In this document: positions 16,269 through 31,503 of the stretch, one piece after another
How positions within the stretch are numbered: the stretch's first letter is position 1
Layout of the letters: every line of letters starts with the position of its first letter
Origin: Escherichia coli
GTDB lineage: Bacteria; Pseudomonadota; Gammaproteobacteria; Enterobacterales; Enterobacteriaceae
Assembly: GCF_044324875.1 (NCBI RefSeq)
Contig: NZ_CP172185.1
Direction: 5' to 3' (one strand)
DNA length: 64,000 nt
Made by a program: the position numbers and the translations under genes
The notes under the pieces: model-generated
The model's database searches: none
What the model was told of the DNA's origin: nothing
The model's input: the letters and a program-made list of their open reading frames with translations, nothing else

Positions 16269-16316
16269 TCACTATCAGCGCCGTGGTGTGAGGTACTGCG
16301 GCGCATTGTTTTAAAG

Positions 16317-16517
16317 GTGATAATTATGAATAACCAGGAACTACAAAATAAAGCATTATCAATTATCATGCGCCAGCGTGAGAAAACCCGCAGGGAAATA
16401 AATAAGGCATTAACCCGCACTGAAAATCTTAAAGTTCCTGATAAGTTCGCCCTTGATCCTTTTGTCGAGAAATACCCTCGGCGCTTAAAAGCAAACAAAA
16501 ACCGCCCACCTGGCTGA
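16317..16517 (+). CDS. hypothetical small basic protein
   Basis: 66 aa ORF downstream of RHH gene; followed by two terminators. Confidence 0.45.
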   Translation: MIIMNNQELQNKALSIIMRQREKTRREINKALTRTENLKVPDKFALDPFVEKYPRRLKANKNRPPG

Positions 16518-16550
16518 CAATCCACCAGCAAGCCAGGACACTGATCACAT

Positions 16551-16579
16551 TGGCCACCGTGACAGGTGGCCTTTTCTTT
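16551..16579 (+). terminator. Rho-independent terminator
   Basis: GGCCACC..GGTGGCC stem followed by TTTTCTTT. Confidence 0.55.
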
Positions 16580-16675
16580 GCCCGTTATCCGGCAATTGTG
16601 GCGCTTCGTCACCTGGCTGATATAATTCCACTGCTTATATTCATTTTTTGCGCAGTAGGTTAATTGTTCAGAAAG

Positions 16676-16704
16676 GCGGCTCCTTATCGGGGCCGCTTTT
16701 TTTA
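16676..16704 (+). terminator. Rho-independent terminator
   Basis: GGCGGCTCC..GGGGCCGC stem followed by T7. Confidence 0.55.
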
Positions 16705-16844
16705 TGCCTGAAAAACCGCGATTTTGTTGTTTTTCAGTTTCACCAGGCCGAACGAAGCCCCGCCCCTGTTCGGGCGTATATCCAGTCTTCATGGTTAAAT
16801 CTCTGTATTAGTGGATGGGTGGCGGCTGTGTGCCGCCAGTCTTT

Positions 16845-17033
16845 TTAGTGAACTGCCTCGCAGCTTTCCTTCCATGCCAGAACTTCGGATAAAGACCAGC
16901 CAACGGAACGACCGCCCAGCTTACGCCGTGATGGGAATTGTCCGGCCTTTTCCAGGCGGTAGCGGCATGAGCGGCTAAGTCCTGTTAGCTTTTCGCATTC
17001 TTTTTCACGTATAAACCGATCAGTACTTAACAC
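16845..17033 (-). CDS. alpA: AlpA-family phage regulatory protein (transcriptional activator / excision factor-like)
   Basis: 62 aa; helix-turn-helix pattern matching remembered AlpA proteins of P4-like islands; adjacent to integrase. Confidence 0.85.
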   Translation of the reverse strand: MLSTDRFIREKECEKLTGLSRSCRYRLEKAGQFPSRRKLGGRSVGWSLSEVLAWKESCEAVH

Positions 17034-17193
17034 TATTGCCCCCTTTCGTTTCTTAAAGAGTTATTTCGTGTTCTATTGCGTTGGTATGTGTCTGATTGTG
17101 TCAGGGTGATTCAGAGTTGGCAAATGTTGGTGGCGGGTATTTTACAGAAACGGGGTAATTTTAATAAAAAACATTTTAATTCAGTATTATGCA

Positions 17194-17226
17194 AAGGCAT
17201 AAAATCTCGTTTTATGCCTTTTTTCT
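17194..17226 (+). terminator. Orphan hairpin plus T-run between int and alpA
   Basis: AAGGCATAAAA..TTTTATGCCTT stem followed by TTTTTT on + strand; no + strand gene upstream. Confidence 0.35.
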
Positions 17227-17315
17227 CACTATTTAAAGCGTTATTCGCTAATGTATAAAAAACCAGTTGAGCATTAAAAATCAGCAACTTATAAGTCTGT
17301 ATACTTTTTCGCCTC

Positions 17316-17360
17316 TTGTTCGTGGTTGTTCCACGTTGTTTCACATTGTTCGCCGTTGTA
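17316..17360. repeat. Four tandem 10-bp GAACAA-type repeats (minus-strand orientation) between int and alpA
   Basis: Reverse complement reads GCGAACAATG TGAAACAACG TGGAACAACC ACGAACAAG. Confidence 0.6.
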
Positions 17361-17407
17361 TCTGTGTGCTTATCCAGTATGCGCATACTGAAAAAACACG
17401 AAAAAAA

Positions 17408-18637
17408 TTATTTTCTTCTGGCTACTGGTAGCGTGGTTACGTTTTCATGTGCTCCCGCCAGTATCTCCAACCGCTCCACCCACATATCCAGCGCATTGCG
17501 TTTCGCATCCAGATAACGGGAATGATTATAAACTCGCTGCATTCCTGGCATCTGGTGGCCTGTAAGCTGCTCCACGACATGCGGATCAACGCCTAAATCG
17601 TTCAGCATGGTTGTAAAGGTGCGCCGGATGTCATGCAGTGACCAGTGAGGGTGTTTAAGCCTCCTGTGCGCTAATCTTCCATACTGCGATACGCTGGCCT
17701 CCTGTTTCACTTCCCCCAGCAATAAGCCCGTGTGCCTGTTCTGCTCCACCAGCTGCGTGACGAACGGCAGTATCGCTTCCGGTATGGGCCGGAATATGGC
17801 TACCTTCGTTTTGCTGTGCTCCTTCGGAACGGTCCATAGCATTTCGGTAAAATCCCACTCCCCGATCTCCGATAGCCTCAGTTCTACTGTCCTGGCTCCG
17901 AAGACAATCAGGAGGCGGATTAGTGCGACGTAGTAAGGGGAAAATATTTTTTTATCCAGCGCCTGCAATAACTCGCCCAGTTCTTTGGTGCTTAAGACAC
18001 GTTCGCTTATATCCGGTTTTTTCCCAACGTCCGCCACGTTCAGATCGTCCAGAACGTTGCTGATTGCATAGCGCCGCCTACGGCAAAACTTAAGCGCCTG
18101 TTTGCACGCCTGTAGCACGAATCCGGCAGTAACAGGCGTTCGCTTTGCCACCTGGTCAAAACAGGCCAGCCAGTGCCGTAGCTCGCATTTATCCAGCGGC
18201 ATAGCACCAATGTGCTGTATTACGTGATTATTAACTCGCCTTTTCAGGGCGATATAATCCACGCGGTTTTCCTTTACGTAAGACTCAAGCCAGTAGGTGA
18301 GCGCATCGCCAACCGTTACCGGCTTTAACGCTTCCTGTACGGCGTAATTCATCTCATGGCGTGGATTTTTCCCCTCCGCCAGCCATGCGCGACACTGGGC
18401 GGCTTTTTCCCTGGCTGCTTTCAGGCTCAGATCAGGATAATTTCCCAGCTTAATACGTTCCGGTCGTGTCTCTCTTCCCGTTCCTGCCCTGTAAGTGAAA
18501 TACCAGGTTAATATCCCTGATGTTAAATATTTCACGCTCAGATTTCCGCCATCGCTATAAAACGTGTTTTTCTCCGCTGGCTTACCATGAAGTTTCCTTA
18601 GCAAGGTATCGCTCAGTTTGTTCATTGCTCTGCTCAC
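17408..18637 (-). CDS. int: tyrosine integrase, P4 type
   Basis: 409 aa; N-terminal arm-binding domain pattern and C-terminal catalytic region (HDIRRT...Y); terminal position next to attR. Confidence 0.9.
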   Translation of the reverse strand: MSRAMNKLSDTLLRKLHGKPAEKNTFYSDGGNLSVKYLTSGILTWYFTYRAGTGRETRPERIKLGNYPDLSLKAAREKAAQCRAWLAEGKNPRHEMNYAVQEALKPVTVGDALTYWLESYVKENRVDYIALKRRVNNHVIQHIGAMPLDKCELRHWLACFDQVAKRTPVTAGFVLQACKQALKFCRRRRYAISNVLDDLNVADVGKKPDISERVLSTKELGELLQALDKKIFSPYYVALIRLLIVFGARTVELRLSEIGEWDFTEMLWTVPKEHSKTKVAIFRPIPEAILPFVTQLVEQNRHTGLLLGEVKQEASVSQYGRLAHRRLKHPHWSLHDIRRTFTTMLNDLGVDPHVVEQLTGHQMPGMQRVYNHSRYLDAKRNALDMWVERLEILAGAHENVTTLPVARRK

Positions 18638-18661
18638 GCTTTACCCCTTGTTTACGAAAAA

Positions 18662-18790
18662 GTGACTACACCAGTGACTACACCGATCGTTGCACAAAGG
18701 GCTACAACGTGAAACAAGCTGGAACAAGAAAAATCACAAATTTGTTTATAATCAAAAACATAATGAACAAACTGAAACATTATGAAACGG
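18662..18790. promoter_or_regulatory. attR-proximal arm repeats and int promoter region: 2x GTGACTACACC, then GAAACAA/GGAACAA and TGAACAAAC/TGAAAC repeats
   Basis: Direct repeats read from sequence immediately upstream of int and inside attR arm. Confidence 0.5.
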
Positions 18791-18812
18791 CAAAAAACAC
18801 TAATTGATAAAA

Positions 18813-18821
18813 TGCTGTTAT
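18813..18821. repeat. attR core, right copy of TGCTGTTAT
   Basis: Identical to 3232-3240; tqsA sequence resumes. Confidence 0.7.
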
Positions 18822-19719
18822 TCTTAACCCGCTGGTGCAACACATGGTCCGCTGGCGTGTGCCGCGTGTACTGGCAGTGTCGATTTTGATGACCATCATC
18901 GTGATGGCGATGGTGTTGCTATTAGCTTATCTGGGTTCCGCGCTCAACGAGTTGACGCGGACGTTACCGCAATATCGCAACTCTATTATGACGCCGCTGC
19001 AAGCGATTGAACCGTTGTTGCAACGCGTAGGGATTGATGTCTCAGTTGACCAACTGGCGCATTACATTGATCCGAACGCGGCGATGACGTTGCTCACCAA
19101 CTTATTGACGCAGTTATCTAATGCCATGTCATCAATATTTTTATTGCTGCTGACGGTGCTGTTTATGCTGCTCGAAGTGCCACAATTGCCCGGAAAATTT
19201 CAGCAAATGATGGCGCGTCCGGTTGAAGGGATGGCGGCGATTCAGCGTGCGATTGACAGTGTTTCTCATTATCTGGTGCTGAAAACAGCCATCAGCATCA
19301 TCACCGGCCTGGTCGCCTGGGCGATGCTCGCCGCACTCGATGTTCGCTTCGCTTTTGTCTGGGGATTGCTGGCCTTTGCGCTTAATTACATCCCGAATAT
19401 TGGTTCAGTTCTCGCGGCAATCCCCCCTATCGCTCAGGTATTGGTGTTTAATGGCTTCTACGAAGCGTTGCTGGTGCTGGCGGGATATCTGCTGATTAAT
19501 CTGGTCTTCGGCAATATTCTGGAGCCACGCATCATGGGGCGTGGGCTGGGGCTTTCCACGTTGGTGGTATTTCTGTCGTTGATTTTTTGGGGATGGTTGT
19601 TAGGACCGGTGGGTATGCTGCTTTCCGTGCCGTTGACAATTATTGTCAAAATTGCGCTTGAACAAACAGCGGGAGGTCAAAGCATCGCCGTTCTGTTAAG
19701 CGATCTCAATAAAGAGTGA
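18813..19719 (+). pseudogene. tqsA: tqsA 3' portion (AI-2 exporter lacking its first ~45 codons)
   Basis: Sequence continues [13 protein letters not shown]...; in-frame stops (TGA TAA) immediately upstream in island DNA; ORF track 18835-19719. Confidence 0.8.
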
Positions 19720-19742
19720 CGGCCTCCGCAGAGGCCGTCAGG
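19717..19742. terminator. Bidirectional terminator between tqsA and pntB
   Basis: GACGGCCTC..GAGGCCGTC hairpin between convergent genes. Confidence 0.5.
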
Positions 19743-19743
19743 G

Positions 19744-21135
<1,392 letters not shown>

Positions 21136-21142
21136 TTACCCC

Positions 21143-22738
<1,596 letters not shown>

Positions 22739-23198
22739 TCATGTACGAGCTAAATGTTACTCCGTTAAAATAAATTAGTAACAAACGCCCTATAACGTAC
22801 TGAAAATTATGCCTGTGATCTAGCGCCAAAAATCAGTATTTCGGCGTGAACTCGCAAAATATTAACGATTCAGCCGTGATAGTGGGATAAACACCTTAGA
22901 ACGCCGGATAAAGACTGATAATTGTCTTCGACGGTCGGGTAAAACGTGATATCGCCCCGGCACGAATCACTACTTAACATTAAATTAACTTATACAATTC
23001 AGTTGTTTCAGTAGTATTGATGCTGATACGGCTGTTTTTTAAGCATAGACGGTCATTTGAGCAGGATTAAAATTGGCTTAAGGAATGTGATATGAAAAAT
23101 GACGCAGACAGTTACACCGTTTAAATGCAATAATCAGCCACGTTTCTCGTTAATAACAATACCAGTACCTGGTTTGCGCAAGGCGAAGGATTATTTTT

Positions 23199-24143
23199 AT
23201 GAAGCTTAAGAACACCCTCCTGGCGTCGGCACTGCTTTCTGCTACGGCATTCTCCGTTAACGCAGCAACAGAACTGACACCGGAGCAAGCGGCAGCGGTT
23301 AAACCTTTTGACCGTGTAGTGGTTACCGGTCGTTTTAATGCTATTGGCGAAGCGGTGAAAGCCGTTTCTCGTCGCGCAGATAAAGAAGGTGCCGCCTCTT
23401 TTTATGTTGTCGACACTTCTGATTTTGGTAACAGCGGTAACTGGCGTGTGGTCGCTGACCTCTATAAAGCCGATGCTGAAAAAGCAGAAGAAACAAGTAA
23501 TCGCGTAATTAACGGTGTTGTCGAACTGCCGAAAGATCAGGCTGTTCTGATTGAACCGTTTGACACGGTCACCGTCCAGGGCTTTTATCGTAGCCAGCCA
23601 GAAGTCAATGATGCCATCACCAAAGCGGCAAAAGCGAAAGGTGCCTACTCTTTCTACATCGTTCGTCAAATCGATGCCAACCAGGGCGGCAACCAGCGTA
23701 TTACTGCATTCATCTATAAAAAAGATGCTAAGAAACGTATCGTCCAGAGCCCGGATGTGATCCCGGCAGATTCCGAAGCAGGACGTGCAGCTCTGGCTGC
23801 CGGTGGCGAAGCCGCGAAGAAAGTTGAGATCCCGGGTGTTGCGACTACCGCATCACCAAGTTCTGAAGTCGGTCGCTTCTTTGAAACCCAGTCATCAAAA
23901 GGCGGGCGTTACACCGTCACGCTCCCGGATGGCACTAAAGTCGAAGAACTGAACAAAGCGACCGCAGCGATGATGGTCCCGTTCGACAGCATCAAATTCT
24001 CTGGCAACTACGGCAACATGACCGAAGTCTCCTATCAGGTTGCGAAACGTGCCGCGAAGAAAGGTGCTAAGTATTACCACATCACCCGCCAGTGGCAGGA
24101 ACGTGGTAATAACCTGACCGTCAGCGCAGATCTGTATAAATAA
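23199..24143 (+). CDS. ydgH: DUF1471 family periplasmic protein YdgH
   Basis: 314 aa; signal peptide; three internal repeats. Confidence 0.85.
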   Translation: MKLKNTLLASALLSATAFSVNAATELTPEQAAAVKPFDRVVVTGRFNAIGEAVKAVSRRADKEGAASFYVVDTSDFGNSGNWRVVADLYKADAEKAEETSNRVINGVVELPKDQAVLIEPFDTVTVQGFYRSQPEVNDAITKAAKAKGAYSFYIVRQIDANQGGNQRITAFIYKKDAKKRIVQSPDVIPADSEAGRAALAAGGEAAKKVEIPGVATTASPSSEVGRFFETQSSKGGRYTVTLPDGTKVEELNKATAAMMVPFDSIKFSGNYGNMTEVSYQVAKRAAKKGAKYYHITRQWQERGNNLTVSADLYK

Positions 24144-24328
24144 CTATTCAGTTACTCCTATAAGGCGGCTTGATGCCGCCTTTCGCATTTTTAGTCACAA
24201 ATTTCCCCGCGACCATTGCATGCAGACACATCTCTTCGTAAAATCCCGCGCTTCAGTGGCAAACTCCATTTTTATGCGTTTTGCCCTAATATTTATTCTT
24301 CTTATCACGTTTTAATCACTGGATATCG

Positions 24329-25711
24329 ATGGAAAAGAAACTGGGACTGAGCGCACTCACCGCGCTGGTATTAAGCTCAATGCTGGGCGCGGGTGTTTTC
24401 AGTCTGCCGCAAAATATGGCGGCAGTTGCCAGCCCGGCAGCACTGCTCATCGGCTGGGGTATTACTGGCGCAGGCATTTTATTGCTGGCCTTTGCCATGC
24501 TGATCCTCACGCGCATTCGTCCCGAACTTGACGGCGGTATCTTTACCTATGCCCGCGAAGGGTTTGGCGAGCTAATCGGCTTTTGTTCCGCATGGGGATA
24601 CTGGCTGTGCGCGGTCATCGCCAACGTCTCCTATCTGGTGATCGTTTTTTCCGCGTTAAGCTTTTTTACGGACACGCCGGAATTGCGCCTGTTTGGCGAT
24701 GGTAATACCTGGCAATCGATCGTCGGTGCATCGGCTTTATTGTGGATTGTTCACTTTTTGATCCTGCGCGGGGTGCAAACCGCTGCCAGCATTAACCTGG
24801 TGGCGACACTGGCAAAATTGTTGCCGCTGGGTCTGTTTGTTGTGCTGGCGATGATGATGTTCAAACTGGATACCTTCAAGCTCGACTTCACCGGACTTGC
24901 ACTTGGCGTACCCGTTTGGGAACAGGTGAAAAACACCATGCTGATCACCCTGTGGGTTTTCATTGGTGTGGAAGGTGCCGTGGTTGTTTCTGCGCGTGCG
25001 CGTAATAAACGTGATGTTGGCAAAGCGACACTGCTGGCGGTTCTCTCCGCTCTGGGCGTTTACTTGCTGGTAACGCTGCTTTCGCTGGGCGTGGTGGCAC
25101 GTCCTGAACTGGCTGAAATTCGTAACCCGTCAATGGCCGGTCTGATGGTGGAAATGATGGGACCATGGGGCGAAATCATCATCGCTGCCGGTTTGATCGT
25201 TTCCGTTTGCGGCGCGTACTTAAGCTGGACCATCATGGCGGCAGAAGTTCCGTTCCTGGCAGCCACTCATAAAGCATTCCCGCGCATTTTTGCGCGCCAG
25301 AACGCACAAGCTGCGCCATCCGCTTCACTGTGGCTGACCAATATCTGCGTGCAAATTTGTCTGGTACTCATCTGGCTGACCGGTTCCGATTACAACACAT
25401 TGCTGACCATCGCCTCAGAGATGATTCTGGTGCCCTATTTCCTGGTCGGCGCGTTCTTGCTGAAAATCGCAACCCGTCCACTGCATAAAGCGGTAGGTAT
25501 CGGTGCCTGCATTTATGGCTTATGGTTATTGTACGCCTCTGGTCCAATGCACTTGCTGTTATCCGTTGTTCTGTATGCGCCGGGGCTGCTGGTTTTCCTG
25601 TATGCGCGTAAAACGCATACACATGATAATGTACTGAACCGTCAGGAAATGGTGCTGATTGGCATGCTGTTAATTGCCTCAGTTCCGGCGACCTGGATGC
25701 TGGTGGGATAA
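24329..25711 (+). CDS. ydgI: putative arginine:ornithine antiporter (APC family) YdgI
   Basis: 460 aa polytopic membrane transporter. Confidence 0.85.
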   Translation: MEKKLGLSALTALVLSSMLGAGVFSLPQNMAAVASPAALLIGWGITGAGILLLAFAMLILTRIRPELDGGIFTYAREGFGELIGFCSAWGYWLCAVIANVSYLVIVFSALSFFTDTPELRLFGDGNTWQSIVGASALLWIVHFLILRGVQTAASINLVATLAKLLPLGLFVVLAMMMFKLDTFKLDFTGLALGVPVWEQVKNTMLITLWVFIGVEGAVVVSARARNKRDVGKATLLAVLSALGVYLLVTLLSLGVVARPELAEIRNPSMAGLMVEMMGPWGEIIIAAGLIVSVCGAYLSWTIMAAEVPFLAATHKAFPRIFARQNAQAAPSASLWLTNICVQICLVLIWLTGSDYNTLLTIASEMILVPYFLVGAFLLKIATRPLHKAVGIGACIYGLWLLYASGPMHLLLSVVLYAPGLLVFLYARKTHTHDNVLNRQEMVLIGMLLIASVPATWMLVG

Positions 25712-25747
25712 CGTTCATCCCATCGTTGGATAGCAAAGGAGATAACG

Positions 25748-26470
25748 ATGGGTAAAACCCAGCCCTTGCCAATATTAATTACTGGCGGAGGTCGTCGCAT
25801 CGGCCTCGCACTCGCCTGGCATTTCATTAATCAAAAGCAACCGGTGATTGTCAGCTATCGGACGCACTATCCAGCCATTGATGGACTAATTAAGGCAGGT
25901 GCGCAGTGTATTCAGGCTGATTTTTCGACCAACGACGGTGTGATGGCGTTTGCCGATGAAGTACTAAAAAGTACCCATGGTCTGCGTGCTATTTTGCATA
26001 ACGCCAGCGCGTGGATGGCGGAAAAACCGGGTGCGCCACTGTCCGACGTACTGGCTTGCATGATGCAGATCCACGTTAATACCCCATACCTGCTCAACCA
26101 TGCGCTAGAAAGATTACTGCGTGGGCACGGACACGCCTCCAGCGATATCATTCACTTTACCGATTATGTGGTGGAGCGCGGTAGCGACAAACATATTGCC
26201 TATGCTGCAAGCAAAGCGGCACTGGATAATATGACTCGCTCGTTTGCCCGCAAGCTGGCACCGGAAGTGAAAGTGAATTCTATTGCGCCATCGCTGATCC
26301 TGTTTAATGAACATGATGATGCCGAATATCGACAACAGGCGCTGAATAAATCACTGATGAAAACCGCGCCTGGCGAGAAAGAAGTGATCGACCTGGTCGA
26401 TTACTTACTTACCAGCTGCTTTGTCACCGGACGCAGTTTCCCTCTTGATGGCGGTCGTCATCTGCGTTAA
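25748..26470 (+). CDS. folM: dihydromonapterin reductase (SDR family)
   Basis: 240 aa SDR with TGGGRRIG nucleotide-binding motif. Confidence 0.85.
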   Translation: MGKTQPLPILITGGGRRIGLALAWHFINQKQPVIVSYRTHYPAIDGLIKAGAQCIQADFSTNDGVMAFADEVLKSTHGLRAILHNASAWMAEKPGAPLSDVLACMMQIHVNTPYLLNHALERLLRGHGHASSDIIHFTDYVVERGSDKHIAYAASKAALDNMTRSFARKLAPEVKVNSIAPSLILFNEHDDAEYRQQALNKSLMKTAPGEKEVIDLVDYLLTSCFVTGRSFPLDGGRHLR

Positions 26471-26802
26471 TGCAGCTTTATCCAGCATATAATCAACACC
26501 CATGCGCTTATCCCCCAACACGCAACAGAACCAACAAAAGCGGCGGGCAAGCGCATCATTCCGGTGAAATACCACAGCGACGCCAGGTAAACAAAATAGG
26601 GAATAATCGACCACATGCTAAAAATGATGGTTGCGCGTAAGGCTTCAATGCCGCGTTCGCTGGCAACAATATAATGCGCGATGAGCGCAAAGGTCGGGAA
26701 AAGTGGGATCAGCCCGGCGATATAATAATTTTTCGTTTTTGCTAAAACACCAATCAACAGCACTACCAGCGCACCGAGCGCGGCTTTGATTACCAGCCCC
26801 AT
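26467..26802 (-). CDS. ydgC: GlpM-family inner membrane protein YdgC
   Basis: 111 aa hydrophobic protein. Confidence 0.8.
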   Translation of the reverse strand: MGLVIKAALGALVVLLIGVLAKTKNYYIAGLIPLFPTFALIAHYIVASERGIEALRATIIFSMWSIIPYFVYLASLWYFTGMMRLPAAFVGSVACWGISAWVLIICWIKLH

Positions 26803-26930
26803 CTTTTTACCTTAACACTTCCATAACAAGTCATCAGTAGAATACCTGATGAAAACTTGTTTAGAAACGATTGATAGTAAGTAAAAACAGCGCGGTGTAT
26901 TGTGACGTTTTTATATCTACCGTGAATAAT

Positions 26931-27650
26931 ATGAACACTATCGTATTTGTGGAAGATGATGCGGAAGTCGGTTCACTGATTGCCGCGTACCTGGCAAAAC
27001 ATGATATGCAGGTTACCGTAGAGCCGCGCGGCGACCAGGCCGAAGAAACTATTCTGCGAGAAAATCCGGATTTGGTGTTACTCGACATCATGCTACCAGG
27101 CAAGGACGGCATGACCATTTGTCGTGATTTACGCGCAAAGTGGTCCGGACCAATTGTTCTTCTAACCTCTCTCGATAGCGATATGAACCACATCCTGGCA
27201 CTGGAAATGGGAGCCTGCGACTATATTCTCAAAACGACGCCCCCTGCTGTTTTGTTAGCGCGTTTACGTTTGCATTTGCGTCAGAATGAGCAAGCCACAC
27301 TGAGCAAAGGTCTTCAGGAAACGTCTCTGACTCCCTACAAAGCCCTGCATTTCGGCACGTTGACCATCGATCCTATCAACCGCGTAGTCACCCTGGCTAA
27401 CACTGAAATCTCGCTCTCGACAGCTGATTTCGAATTATTGTGGGAATTAGCTACCCATGCCGGGCAAATCATGGACCGCGATGCATTGCTGAAAAATTTA
27501 CGTGGCGTCAGTTATGACGGACTGGATCGTAGCGTGGACGTGGCTATTTCGCGGTTAAGAAAAAAACTGCTCGATAACGCCGCAGAACCTTATCGCATTA
27601 AAACTGTGCGTAACAAAGGCTATCTTTTTGCGCCTCATGCATGGGAATAA
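26931..27650 (+). CDS. rstA: two-component response regulator RstA (OmpR family)
   Basis: ORF 26871-27650; start set at MNTIVFVEDD; receiver plus winged-helix domains. Confidence 0.9.
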   Translation: MNTIVFVEDDAEVGSLIAAYLAKHDMQVTVEPRGDQAEETILRENPDLVLLDIMLPGKDGMTICRDLRAKWSGPIVLLTSLDSDMNHILALEMGACDYILKTTPPAVLLARLRLHLRQNEQATLSKGLQETSLTPYKALHFGTLTIDPINRVVTLANTEISLSTADFELLWELATHAGQIMDRDALLKNLRGVSYDGLDRSVDVAISRLRKKLLDNAAEPYRIKTVRNKGYLFAPHAWE

Positions 27651-27653
27651 GCG

Positions 27654-31361
<3,708 letters not shown>

Positions 31362-31473
31362 GGCCTGCTCCTCACCTGATTAATTTTTTCTTTCTGTTTT
31401 GCTTTCGTTAAGCAACTTTTAGCTCACTCATTATTTACTATTTGATAACAAATGTTTGGTCTTTCGTGCCATG

Positions 31474-31499
31474 TAAAAAAACCGCCCCGAAGGGCGGCT
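31474..31499 (-). terminator. Rho-independent terminator downstream of fumA
   Basis: Minus strand GCCGCCCUUCGGGGCGG hairpin followed by U7. Confidence 0.6.
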
Positions 31500-31503
31500 C
31501 TGT

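Larger units (their letters stand above)
3241..18812. mobile_element. Integrated phage satellite, capsid-forming PICI-like island (~15.6 kb) inserted in tqsA
   Basis: Integrase, AlpA, replication and HK97 head/packaging genes with no tail or lysis genes; flanked by 9-bp direct repeat; splits a host gene. Confidence 0.8.

Noticed and set aside
15707-16792. 361-aa minus-strand ORF spanning the Icd-like B gene, the divergent promoter region and the antisense of the RHH and downstream plus-strand genes
   Set aside because: Low-complexity, Cys/Arg-rich translation that runs antisense through better-supported genes and terminators; only the C-terminal 65 aa (Icd-like B) is credible.
16648-16848. 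66-aa plus-strand ORF between the two terminators and alpA
   Set aside because: Lies across terminator hairpins with no RBS; likely non-coding.
17076-17386. Short ORFs (60 and 91 aa) in the int-alpA spacer
   Set aside because: Very AT-rich promoter-like DNA with low-complexity translations; more likely regulatory sequence containing the GAACAA repeats.
17408-18821. Expected tRNA or tmRNA gene as integration target next to the integrase
   Set aside because: No tRNA-like sequence at either junction; the flanking sequence is the tqsA coding region.
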